64,000 bases of DNA, from positions 96,001 through 160,000 of IMG/VR virus record IMGVR_UViG_3300044620_001883. The stretch is one strand, 5' to 3'. Below, piece by piece: positions 54,650 to 63,290 of this stretch. Under the pieces are notes generated by a model, which searched no databases, was not told where the DNA came from, and saw only the letters and a program-made list of their open reading frames with translations. This DNA comes from a virus (taxonomy: Duplodnaviria > Caudoviricetes). Position 1 is the stretch's first letter. The number at the start of each line of letters is the position of its first letter. Both the position numbers and the translations under genes were made by a program.

Positions 54650-55075
54650 ATGCCTCCAGATCTCAAAGCCTTCCTGATCAACCTCTTCTCCAAAAACACC
54701 GGCTCGATTGCTCGTGCTGTGGCTGGCATCGTAGCCGCCGGCATTGCTGCTTTGGCTGTCAAGCTGTTCGGTTACACGCTGTCCGGTGAGGAATACCTCA
54801 AGCTCACCGGCATGGTCGCGGGTGGTGCCATGTGGTTCCTGGGCGAAGTCGTCAAGTACATCGAGAACAAGAACATCACAGCGCTGCAGGCAGCCGTGCA
54901 AACTATCGCGCCGGAAGTTCTTACCGACGGTCACATTGGTCCCGTCACTGTGGCGGCCGTGGAGCGCGCAGCTGAAACGCTCAGCGCCTTCAAGGCAGCA
55001 GGTGCCGGGGGCACGGTTGATGAACGAGCCACCGCCGCTACCGTGGTGGTAGCAATGAAACCACCTGCGTTGTGA
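54650..55075 (+). CDS. 2-TM membrane protein with PG-binding-like motif
   Basis: Two TM helices then DGHIGPVTVAAV, like the DG.xGP.T end of peptidoglycan-binding domains. Confidence 0.55.
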   Translation: MPPDLKAFLINLFSKNTGSIARAVAGIVAAGIAALAVKLFGYTLSGEEYLKLTGMVAGGAMWFLGEVVKYIENKNITALQAAVQTIAPEVLTDGHIGPVTVAAVERAAETLSAFKAAGAGGTVDERATAATVVVAMKPPAL

Positions 55076-55632
55076 CGTCCAACGACCTCGATTTCCGCAC
55101 CGCACAGTCGCGTGCGAGGCAGATCCTCATGATGGATACTGACGCACGCTTCGCTGTGCTGCGGGGGCTGCGTCTCGATAACCCGAAGCTCGCAGACGTT
55201 GTCGAGGAAGAGATCCGCAAGCTGCAGCTGGTGGTGCGGGGTGGTAGGGATACGCCAGTCAATACTCACGTCACGTTGTGGAAAAAGCACTGGCGGGATA
55301 TCAAGCTGCATGCGTTCGCGCTGCGCTTCTACCAACACCAGACTTGGGAGGTGAAGGCGGGAGACATCTACTGTATTACCCGCCACGGTCCTGCGCTCTA
55401 CCAGGTGGCAGGCTTCACGGACTCGGTGATGATGCGCACACTCTACACCGACCAAGGCCCGGTGAACCCAGAGGACCCACCGAAGGACTGGGAATGGGAA
55501 GCCGAAGAATTCACCCGCGGTGGTTTTGCCGCGAGTCGAATCCACATTCCACACTGGATCTGGGACATGGTCGCGAAGGAGCACGCCATTGAGGTAGATT
55601 GGTCGCTTCTCAATCCTGAGAACAACAATTGA
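55072..55632 (+). CDS. hypothetical protein
   Basis: GTGA-coupled ORF. Confidence 0.6.
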   Translation: MTSNDLDFRTAQSRARQILMMDTDARFAVLRGLRLDNPKLADVVEEEIRKLQLVVRGGRDTPVNTHVTLWKKHWRDIKLHAFALRFYQHQTWEVKAGDIYCITRHGPALYQVAGFTDSVMMRTLYTDQGPVNPEDPPKDWEWEAEEFTRGGFAASRIHIPHWIWDMVAKEHAIEVDWSLLNPENNN

Positions 55633-55678
55633 TCGATTTTCTCATTGACGATGCACGAGGGCTGCCCAGGATGCACGC

Positions 55679-56050
55679 ATGCCCGAAACCGAAGAATCGT
55701 CCAGCTGGCCCGCCGCCGACGGCGCCACCTTCCTGCAAGCGCTCCAGAAAGCGCCATCCGCTGAAGTAAAGCGCGCCCGTGACGGAGCGGCCTGGTTCAC
55801 ACTCCACACGATCTACATCCCGCATACGCGCCTGTATTACGGGCTGACCGCAGTGTTGCGTCGCAAGCACCTGCGCTGGTACTGTCACGCGGGCCGGGTG
55901 AACCCGCGTCGTGCCAAGTATGCGATGCGTACAGCCACGCGGTACTGGAAGGCACTACGCCGTCGGCAAGTCTCCCACCCGCAGGAGACGAAACGCTTCC
56001 TTGATCTCATTCTACCCCCACGCTCCCATGCCCAAACCCCTCGAATCTGA
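55679..56050 (+). CDS. basic hypothetical protein
   Basis: TTGACG-N16-CAGGAT lies 6 nt upstream of ATG. Confidence 0.55.
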   Translation: MPETEESSSWPAADGATFLQALQKAPSAEVKRARDGAAWFTLHTIYIPHTRLYYGLTAVLRRKHLRWYCHAGRVNPRRAKYAMRTATRYWKALRRRQVSHPQETKRFLDLILPPRSHAQTPRI

Positions 56051-56447
56051 CCACCAACGCTACCAAGTTCAGTGCTGCATCGCAGACGCTTCGGTCCACT
56101 GGGATCCTCGCTGTCAGTTTGGTGCCACAGGGCGTGCGGAGATCCGGCACGTCTTTGCCCAACCTCTGGTGTGGTTTCGCCCCGACGATGCAGGGGTCAA
56201 GCATCCAACCTGCTTCGCGATGCCGTTGGATGCGCTGCACTTCAGCCCGGCTGATGTGGCAGCCATGCCGGTGTTCTACCAGCGGTTACTTGACCCACAA
56301 CACCGGGACTGGTCGGTCTCGAAGCTGGTGGGAAAGAAACCAGACCTGATTGGATCTGTGGGTCCAGCACCGGTACCCCAAGGCAAGAAAGGTGTTGCTC
56401 GCTATGCTGGCACCTACGTGGCACCCACCGAACCTTTCCCAGTATGA
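56028..56447 (+). CDS. hypothetical protein
   Basis: Start moved to ATG 56028. Confidence 0.5.
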   Translation: MPKPLESDHQRYQVQCCIADASVHWDPRCQFGATGRAEIRHVFAQPLVWFRPDDAGVKHPTCFAMPLDALHFSPADVAAMPVFYQRLLDPQHRDWSVSKLVGKKPDLIGSVGPAPVPQGKKGVARYAGTYVAPTEPFPV

Positions 56448-56911
56448 CACGCGCACAATTCACCGCACAGGACTGGTCAAAATCGGAACATCCGCTTGTG
56501 CAGGAACTCTACAACCTGGGCTGGGCGTTAGCCATCAAGGTTGAGCGTGGTGACCTGCTGGCATACGCATGGCGGAACACACCGCACCGCAAAGACATCA
56601 CGCCAGAATTTGTGGGCGCCATCGACAGCCCTGGTGCGGCGCTTGACAGAATCCTCATAGCGGTACTCGAATCTGCCAAGTCTGCCGACCGGTCCGACAA
56701 TCTACGTCGCAGCATGAGCTACACCGAGGTACCACTGCACTCCTGCTGTGCATGCCGTCACATGGTGACTGCGCCTTGTCCACCAGATGAGAAGGGAATG
56801 GAAGAGTATTCCTGCCACCACCCCGCTGCTGGCAAACCCTTCCCGGTGTTGCCCGTCGGCCGTTGCCCTCATCACGAAACGAAATCTTCAACCTCTGACC
56901 ATCATGAATGA
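56444..56911 (+). CDS. hypothetical protein with C-terminal Cys/His finger
   Basis: SCCACRH...SCHHP...GRCPHH. Confidence 0.6.
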   Translation: MTRAQFTAQDWSKSEHPLVQELYNLGWALAIKVERGDLLAYAWRNTPHRKDITPEFVGAIDSPGAALDRILIAVLESAKSADRSDNLRRSMSYTEVPLHSCCACRHMVTAPCPPDEKGMEEYSCHHPAAGKPFPVLPVGRCPHHETKSSTSDHHE

Positions 56912-57131
56912 TCCTGAAGCAAGACTCTTCACGTTGTTACTCCAGAAGATGGAGTACACGGCTCTGACGTCGCCGCGTTGTGACACCTGTCAGCACTGTA
57001 CTGTCGAGGATGACCAAGGCGGACTAGATCACTACTACTGTGATCTGAATCCCGCTGCGACCCTGTCAGTAGAACGCCACGGGCGCTGCAAGTACCACAC
57101 AGTCCGCGTCATCAGCATTTCCAAGCCATGA
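56904..57131 (+). CDS. small Cys/His finger protein
   Basis: RCDTCQH...YCDLN...GRCKYH, same finger type as the upstream gene. Confidence 0.6.
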   Translation: MNDPEARLFTLLLQKMEYTALTSPRCDTCQHCTVEDDQGGLDHYYCDLNPAATLSVERHGRCKYHTVRVISISKP

Positions 57132-57358
57132 AACGCCGCTCCCTATTCTCCCTTGTCGCCAAGGCCCTCGGCTTTACGGTCGCGGCTCCGTTGCTGCCTG
57201 CTGCTCCGCTGGATAAACTCAAGCTCTACGACATAGACATTCGTACTCTCCTATGGAGGCAAGCCATGAGGGATGAGATCGCAAAATACCGTGCGGATCC
57301 CCTCGCGATCCACGCCATTCCGTTTCCTGTAACCCACGCTGAATCAAAACAACCATGA
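57128..57358 (+). CDS. small protein with twin-arginine (Tat)-like leader
   Basis: MKRRSLFSLVAKALGFTVAAPLLPAA. Confidence 0.5.
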   Translation: MKRRSLFSLVAKALGFTVAAPLLPAAPLDKLKLYDIDIRTLLWRQAMRDEIAKYRADPLAIHAIPFPVTHAESKQP

Positions 57359-57561
57359 TCAACCACAGTTTCGGAGACATCGTCGAAGCAGATGTGGACT
57401 ACCTTTGGCGTGGTGATCGTGTCGTATGGCGGAAGGGTCAGCAGGGCAGGATCGTCATGGTCTTCTTGCTAACCTTCAAGGTCATTCCCGCAGGCAAGCA
57501 CCGCAGCATCGAAGTCGAGAAGAGTCACCCCCATCACCTAGTCAGAAAAGCCGAATCATGA
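57355..57561 (+). CDS. small SH3-like hypothetical protein
   Basis: ATGA-coupled. Confidence 0.5.
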   Translation: MINHSFGDIVEADVDYLWRGDRVVWRKGQQGRIVMVFLLTFKVIPAGKHRSIEVEKSHPHHLVRKAES

Positions 57562-58100
57562 ACACACCCCCTCGCAGCTTAACACCATACGGGCAGCAGC
57601 TCTGGGCCGCGGCAGATCTTTGCGTCTCCGGTCCAAACCCTCAATCCGAAGATAGCGCTGAAGACTACTACAAAGCACACGCGGCTTTCAAGGATCTCTG
57701 CCGCCCCGCGCGCATGCTGGGCATGCTCAACACCTACGCGGCGCTCAACCCGCACCCTGCCGAACCGGCCATGGCCCCTGAGCAGCAAGCAAACCGCATT
57801 CAGCGCCTGGAGAAGCTGCTGCTCACGGCCTACGGCTTCCTGGATGTTCTGGATGGGCTACATGCCCCAGGCTTGAACCTTGATTTCAAGGATGTATTCA
57901 GCCCTGAAGACCAGCAACGGCTGCGGGCGCTCAAGGCTGAGGTCCACGGCATCAAACTAGCCGGCGCTGCAACGCCCGGCATGTTCGAGCGCATCAAAGC
58001 CTTCGCGGCCTCGAAAGAATACGGCGACACCAAGGTCTGCGGACTATGCGGTCACATTCACGCCCACGACACCGGCTGTGCGGGCAGCTCGAACTGCTAA
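57558..58100 (+). CDS. hypothetical protein
   Basis: Start moved to ATG 57558; C-terminal CGLCGH.H.H..GC. Confidence 0.6.
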   Translation: MNTPPRSLTPYGQQLWAAADLCVSGPNPQSEDSAEDYYKAHAAFKDLCRPARMLGMLNTYAALNPHPAEPAMAPEQQANRIQRLEKLLLTAYGFLDVLDGLHAPGLNLDFKDVFSPEDQQRLRALKAEVHGIKLAGAATPGMFERIKAFAASKEYGDTKVCGLCGHIHAHDTGCAGSSNC

Positions 58101-58110
58101 CCATCCACCC

Positions 58111-58602
58111 ATGAATAAACTCATCTTCCTCGACCTCGACGGCGTGCTCCGGATTCCGGGCCGCTCACCCCAAGACAGTCTGTTCGGTCACGGCTCCCTC
58201 GCACCTGAGTGTGTCGCACGTTTCAACCGCATCCTCGACGAGACAGGCGCCGAGTTTGTTGTGATCAGCACACTGCTGCGCATACACGGTTGGCCAACGC
58301 TGTGGGCCGCCTTGGATGAAGCCGGTGTCTACATGGATGCCGCGTGCGCCGAGCCATTCCCCATCACAGGTGTACGCTCCAAGAATATCGAAGACTGGTT
58401 GCGCGTACATCCGGCCTGCGATTGGTGCGTCATCGACGACGAACTTCGCCACTACGAAGACTGGCTTGCCTCCGATGAGATGCGGCATGTCTTCGTCCCT
58501 TCCACACGCCACGGCCTTCAAGACAGTACAACCACGAACATCATCAATCACCTCAACAACATCACCACCCATGAAAACAGCATCCCCGATGACACCCTCT
58601 GA
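58111..58602 (+). CDS. HAD-family phosphatase (Swiss-Army-Knife/RNA-repair type)
   Basis: LIFLDLDGVL, V.RFNRILDETGAEFVVIST, RSKNIEDWL, WCVIDDE, GL..S...II..L. Confidence 0.8.
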   Translation: MNKLIFLDLDGVLRIPGRSPQDSLFGHGSLAPECVARFNRILDETGAEFVVISTLLRIHGWPTLWAALDEAGVYMDAACAEPFPITGVRSKNIEDWLRVHPACDWCVIDDELRHYEDWLASDEMRHVFVPSTRHGLQDSTTTNIINHLNNITTHENSIPDDTL

Positions 58603-59860
58603 TCCAACCTGCATGCAGCCAGCACATGCAACCGGTACGGAGGCGGAAGTGTGCGCCGACATTGCGGCCCGCCAGCAAATCGGAATCGCCAAGTACAAGA
58701 CGACTGTTCAAGACAACCCACTGTCGTTGCGTGAGTGGCTCCAGCACGCCTACGAGGAAACGTTGGATCAAGCGATCTACCTCAAGCGAGCAATCTCAGA
58801 GGTGGCAACCACCGAAAGCAAGAGTGCGACACAAACATCGCAGCTCCGAGCAGAGGTACTGTCGCGTCGCATGGATCACTTCCGCAGGACCACAGGACAG
58901 GAACCGACGCATGCGATTCTCACCACCAACGCAAGTCTCTACAGCATGGCAGAGTTCGAACACTACATGCAGCTCGCACCGCATCTGTACTGGTGCAACC
59001 CAAAGACCACATGGTATGACCTGCCAAAAGTTTCAGGGGTAGACATGGGTGGGTTCTACCTGGCCCACCGTCAGGCGAACAACGCCTGGATCGTGGTGCA
59101 GCCCAAGTCCGACGCGCACGCCGAATGGGAACACCTTTGGTTGTGGGCCTGGACGTGCGCCAATGAGGACCCTGAGATTGCACGGCGTATCTGTCGGGAG
59201 GCTGAGGAGCGGGAAGCCCAGCGCCCTGCCCCGCCTCCGCCCTCCTGGTTGTACAGTGCCACGGCTGCCGGGCTGCATCCTATACAGGACAGATACCGTG
59301 AGGGGCAGGTCATGGGTGAGCTTAACGACATTGTGAACAAGTTCGTCCAGACAGTCACGGATTGGTGCACTGTGATCCCAGAGGCGCAGCATCTCAAAAG
59401 ACCTGAGAACAGCGCGCCTCTAATTCGCTGGCTTGCGGCCCGGTTAGCACCGCATGCACAGGTTGAGTACTTGAAGGAGCCGTTCCCGGAACTTGGCAAG
59501 GATGCGCAGCCTCCCCGCGCCAGAACGCAGCTCGGTACTGCCGCTCGTGTGGCAAAGCCCCAGCGAAACATGATTGCCTTCCTCGCGCTATCGGTTGGAG
59601 ACCTGACGCCAGAAAACGTACGCCAGACTCTGGTCAACGCGATCAAGGCTCCGCCGTTACTAGCTGAAAACACGGAGATTCGTATGCCGCACCAGCTCTG
59701 GGAGTGGTTGCGCGTTCAATCATTGAGCAAGCTCCGTGATGTCTTTGGTGGGGACTTCTCTGCCGCTGTCTTTAACGACTACAAACCACAGCTGCTGTTC
59801 GGTTACAAGATCCAAGACTGGAGTGCAGACGGTCGTGTGGAGTTCTACGAAAAAGTTTAA
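58571..59860 (+). CDS. multidomain protein with N-terminal MazG-like all-alpha NTP pyrophosphatase-like domain
   Basis: RQQIGIAKYKTTV...LREWLQHAYEETLDQAIYLKRAI; remaining ~330 aa unrecognised. Confidence 0.6.
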   Translation: MKTASPMTPSDPTCMQPAHATGTEAEVCADIAARQQIGIAKYKTTVQDNPLSLREWLQHAYEETLDQAIYLKRAISEVATTESKSATQTSQLRAEVLSRRMDHFRRTTGQEPTHAILTTNASLYSMAEFEHYMQLAPHLYWCNPKTTWYDLPKVSGVDMGGFYLAHRQANNAWIVVQPKSDAHAEWEHLWLWAWTCANEDPEIARRICREAEEREAQRPAPPPPSWLYSATAAGLHPIQDRYREGQVMGELNDIVNKFVQTVTDWCTVIPEAQHLKRPENSAPLIRWLAARLAPHAQVEYLKEPFPELGKDAQPPRARTQLGTAARVAKPQRNMIAFLALSVGDLTPENVRQTLVNAIKAPPLLAENTEIRMPHQLWEWLRVQSLSKLRDVFGGDFSAAVFNDYKPQLLFGYKIQDWSADGRVEFYEKV

Positions 59861-59877
59861 CCCCTACCCCACACACC

Positions 59878-60063
59878 ATGATCAACCGTGAATTCATTGC
59901 CCGAGAACTCTACACCGCTTACTGCGCTGCAGTAGGTGGCAAAGCCTTCAATGGAGATCCCCTCCCCCGTTGGGAAGACTTCTCCTTCGACCTGACCAAA
60001 ACTAAACAAGTACAGGGTTGGCTCGCTGCTGCGGACCGCGCCTTGGAACTGCTGAACAAATAA
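59878..60063 (+). CDS. conserved small phage protein
   Basis: A..LY.AYC.AVGGKAFNGDPLP.W.DF. Confidence 0.65.
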   Translation: MINREFIARELYTAYCAAVGGKAFNGDPLPRWEDFSFDLTKTKQVQGWLAAADRALELLNK

Positions 60064-60073
60064 ACATACAACC

Positions 60074-60934
60074 ATGCCCACTACCTCTACATTCCCAGAC
60101 CTCCTGCCCGGCCAAGCTTCCATGGCAGATCCTACAGCTGTCCGGTACCTCCAGACGGCGCTTAACAGCCAAGGCTATCCGGTGCCCGTCAACGGCAAGT
60201 ACGACAAAGCCACCATCGCCGCTGTCTTCAACTTCCAGGGTGTCCGGCTAGACCGTAAAGGTCGTCACCTCAAAGCTGACGGCTGGGTTGGTCCTGCCAC
60301 TTGGTGGGCCATTCAGAATCCGTCAGGCGCGTCCCAGAAGTCCAACCTCGAGGGCGACACCCGCAAGGGGTTGTCTGCTGAACGCCGCGCAATCATCAAA
60401 GCTTTCCTGAAGGACCACACAGCCGGGGTGCGGGAGATCCCTGATGGTGCCAACTACGGTGACGGTGTGACCCGCTACCTGACTGTCATCGGTCCTGCGT
60501 ACTGGTGCTGCTACGCTGTCAGCACATGGCACAAAGATGCAGTGGGCACCTGGCCCTTCGGGGAACGCTTCGGGTTAGTGGCCGGGATCTGGAATGAAGC
60601 CAAAGAGCGCGGACGCGCGATCCTGAAGGAGGACACCAGCACGGCTGTCCCGGGCGATGCGTTCGTGATGCTGTACCGGAATGCCAAAGGCAGACTCACA
60701 GGCCTGGGTCACATCGGGCTTGTCCTGACTGCCAGCCAAGACGGGGAGTCCTTCAATACCGGCGAAGGTAATGCCGGCAATCGCGTGAAGATCAGCCGGC
60801 GTGAGACTGACCAGGACACGCTGGTCGGTTACATTGACTTCTTCGGGGACCGGGCTGCTGTCCTTCCCAAGTTCGAACGTGGGCTGTTGTCCAAGTCGGA
60901 AGCGGCGGATTCGTCACTAGCTGGCACACGCTGA
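60074..60934 (+). CDS. endolysin: peptidoglycan-binding domain plus CHAP amidase/peptidase
   Basis: VRYLQTALNSQGY..PVNGKYD..T..AV..FQ....L.ADGWVGPATW; CHAP YWCCYAV, PGD.FV, GHIGLV, EGNAG. Confidence 0.88.
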   Translation: MPTTSTFPDLLPGQASMADPTAVRYLQTALNSQGYPVPVNGKYDKATIAAVFNFQGVRLDRKGRHLKADGWVGPATWWAIQNPSGASQKSNLEGDTRKGLSAERRAIIKAFLKDHTAGVREIPDGANYGDGVTRYLTVIGPAYWCCYAVSTWHKDAVGTWPFGERFGLVAGIWNEAKERGRAILKEDTSTAVPGDAFVMLYRNAKGRLTGLGHIGLVLTASQDGESFNTGEGNAGNRVKISRRETDQDTLVGYIDFFGDRAAVLPKFERGLLSKSEAADSSLAGTR

Positions 60935-60955
60935 AAATTTCCCTGCTGTTTCTAG

Positions 60956-60975
60956 TCACCTCCTCTGGGGGTGGC
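60956..60975 (+). terminator. hairpin after endolysin (weak terminator or processing site)
   Basis: gtcacctcc-tct-gggggtggc stem; no U-tract. Confidence 0.35.
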
Positions 60976-61012
60976 GCAGTGGGAACTAAACAAACATCGG
61001 AGCTAGAACCCT

Positions 61013-61180
61013 ATGAATGAAGAAGTAATCGATAAACTGAAAGAGGCCATAAAGGCCTGTGCTGAAGCCGCAGCAAAAACCGGCGTAACCTGTGTTGAGG
61101 CGCTGCAGTTCACACAAGCAGCCTTGAATGCTACAAACGCCATCATTGGCCTCATGAGCGCGGAGCGCCAGCTCAAGTAA
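61013..61180 (+). CDS. small helical phage protein (55 aa, not in track)
   Basis: MNEEVIDKLKEAIK...ALQFTQAALNATNA; GGAG upstream. Confidence 0.6.
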   Translation: MNEEVIDKLKEAIKACAEAAAKTGVTCVEALQFTQAALNATNAIIGLMSAERQLK

Positions 61181-61189
61181 ACCCCTGTG

Positions 61190-61261
61190 CCCGCTGCGCT
61201 GTCGCTCTCCATCGAAGCTTGGCTCATCGAAAGAGGAGCCTCGGGACTTCAGCGCGGTGGG
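61190..61261 (+). other. structured intergenic element
   Basis: 12-bp outer stem (61190-61201/61250-61261) enclosing a GAAA-capped hairpin ggctcatc-GAAA-gaggagcc. Confidence 0.45.
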
Positions 61262-61278
61262 CCAACCTTTTCTAAACT

Positions 61279-61536
61279 ATGCCTGACAAAATAACACCCT
61301 TGAGAATAATCCAACCCACACCTCCAGCTGCCGAGGTCCCGGCAGAAGTCATTGCTACCTCGATCACCCAGATCGCGAAGGCCATGAAGGACCTGACTAG
61401 TACGCGGCTCGGCCGTAATGCGATCGTGACCCTGATCCACGCTGCCAGCAAGGTTCCCAAGCGTGACATCGTGGCCGTCATGGGCAGCCTCGAGAATCTG
61501 GAGCGTGACTGGCTGAAACCCAAACCCAAGGCGTGA
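61279..61536 (+). CDS. small phage protein
   Basis: IATSITQIAKAMKDL..TRLGRNAIVTLIH.AS.V.KRDI..V..SL..LE..WLK. Confidence 0.65.
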   Translation: MPDKITPLRIIQPTPPAAEVPAEVIATSITQIAKAMKDLTSTRLGRNAIVTLIHAASKVPKRDIVAVMGSLENLERDWLKPKPKA

Positions 61537-61817
61537 ACGCAGATAACACAGATCGCATCTTGCAAGACCTCAAGCAAACCATCGACAAGTTACCACCGAC
61601 CGCAATTGGCGTTGTGCTGGAAACCTGGCGCGTGCGAATTGACGATATTCGAAAACAACTAAAGTTTACAGGCAGATCACTAACAGACGTAACGTGCCCA
61701 GCTGCGCGTGAGCTGATGACGCTGGAAATGGCCGTACGTCAAATCGAGGCGGCCTGTGCTGTTGAGCGCGGGGATGGACTCGATGCCATCCGTATCCTTT
61801 TGAACCCCACCCCATGA
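61533..61817 (+). CDS. hypothetical protein
   Basis: GTGA/ATGA-coupled ORF. Confidence 0.5.
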   Translation: MNADNTDRILQDLKQTIDKLPPTAIGVVLETWRVRIDDIRKQLKFTGRSLTDVTCPAARELMTLEMAVRQIEAACAVERGDGLDAIRILLNPTP

Positions 61818-62443
61818 GCACCACCCGTCGCGAGAAAGCCCGACGACTCAAGAACGCAGAGGGTGTGATCATCTGCAGCTGTGGCTGTGGTCAGATTCCA
61901 AAGCCACCACGTCAGACTTGGTTCAGCCAGGCCTGCGTGGATGGTTGGCGGGAGAAGAATGATCCGGGGTACATCCGCCAGCAGATGCTGAAGCGCGACA
62001 AGGGGATCTGCGCTCTGTGTGGTGTCGACTGCGTCAAGATCCAGAAGACAGTACAGCGGCTGCAACACCTGCTGCGCTGCAGCCCTCCAGATCACGGTCA
62101 GCGCAAGTTCCGGGAAGGTCACAGTTACAACGGGCAGTTTCTGCGCAGCAAGTACGACAGGTGCCTGGCAATCTGGCAACGGTGGCGGCACAAGCGTATT
62201 ACAGCTGCCAGGAACCGACTGGAGCGTATCAGGGCTCAGGGTTGGAACCTGGACCGGAAGACACAATGGGATGCGGATCACATCCTACCCGTCATCGAGG
62301 GTGGGGGTCTGTGTGGTCTTGTCTCGATGCAGACACTGTGCGTACCTTGTCATAAGGAGAAAACCAAACAGCATGCAAAAGACCGGGCGCAAAGAAGGCG
62401 AGAGAGTAGTGGGTGTTTACCAGATCAAGTGCCTGGTAACTAG
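61814..62443 (+). CDS. HNH endonuclease-domain protein
   Basis: CSCGCG...WFSQAC, RDKGICALCG, WDADHILPVIEGGG...QTLCVPCHKEKT. Confidence 0.88.
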   Translation: MSTTRREKARRLKNAEGVIICSCGCGQIPKPPRQTWFSQACVDGWREKNDPGYIRQQMLKRDKGICALCGVDCVKIQKTVQRLQHLLRCSPPDHGQRKFREGHSYNGQFLRSKYDRCLAIWQRWRHKRITAARNRLERIRAQGWNLDRKTQWDADHILPVIEGGGLCGLVSMQTLCVPCHKEKTKQHAKDRAQRRRESSGCLPDQVPGN

Positions 62444-63182
62444 CCATGTCTATGTGGGCAGCTCTGTGCACTGCCTGCGGCGGTTTAAGTATCACAAGAC
62501 GCAGCTCCGAGGCGGTACGCACACCAACAGACACCTACAAGCGGCGTGGTGTAAGTACGGCGAAGCGCAGTTTGAGTTCATGATTATTAGACAGCTCACG
62601 GCTCCTTTGGGACCTGAGGTGTTGCTAACCTGTGAACGAGCCCTCTGTGTGAAGCTTAAAGCCCTTGATCCGTGCCACGGTTACAACCAACAGCAACCCG
62701 GTGCGGTGTACTGCCGTAGCACCGCTGAAGAGACCAAGCGCAAAATAGGCGACGCCAACCGAGGTAAGAAGAGAACACCAGAACAGGTTAAGCGCGCGCG
62801 TGATGCATTTTTACTGGCTACCGCGGGCAGGCCAGGTCCGAATAAAGGACGCAAGTTTGGACCCGATGTGCGACAGAAGATACGTCAAGCCCGTCTAGGC
62901 CGTCCGTCCTACACACGCAGTGCGGCGACGCTGCAAAAGCAGTCGTTAGTTTTGAAGAGCTTTTACACAACACCCAAGGGGCAGATTCTACGCGCCGCGC
63001 GCGGGAGGCCAGCGGAGCCGTGCACCAACTGTAGCTGTATCGTTAAGACACGCCGACGCGGTTTATGCGGAGCATGTAACGAGTACAAGAGGCGCACAGG
63101 GAACGCTCGACCTCCTGGAGGTTTTCCACAGGGTGGAGGCAGGCATGGGCGAAAAACCCTGGCAAAGCCGCACGCTTTGTAA
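62373..63182 (+). mobile_element. free-standing GIY-YIG homing endonuclease with NUMOD3 repeats and C-terminal Zn finger
   Basis: ATG 62373 with AAGGAG upstream; GVYQI...YVGSS..CLRRF..H, E, GYN; EETKRKIGDANRGKK and GRKFGPDVRQKI; CTNC..GLCGAC. Confidence 0.88.
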
Positions 63183-63285
63183 CCCCTGCCACAAAAAGGT
63201 CACCAAGGAACTAGCAGCCCGGCGAGCTGAACACCGCAGGCAGGAGAAAAAGCAGTTGCAAACCCTGACCGTTTCGCCATCATGA
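63169..63285 (+). pseudogene. displaced original 3' end of the HNH gene
   Basis: Out-of-frame RTLCNPCHKKVTKELAARRAEHRRQEKKQLQTLTVSPS* parallels QTLCVPCHKEKTKQHAKDRA in the HNH gene. Confidence 0.75.
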
Positions 63286-63290
63286 CTGTG

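Noticed and set aside
61190-61261. tRNA (72-nt length, closed ends)
   Set aside because: No cloverleaf, no T-arm with a paired TTCRA loop and no anticodon arm on either strand.
62316-63168. Group I intron carrying the GIY-YIG ORF
   Set aside because: No non-coding space for a catalytic core: the 5' part encodes the replacement HNH tail and the ORF runs into the downstream remnant.
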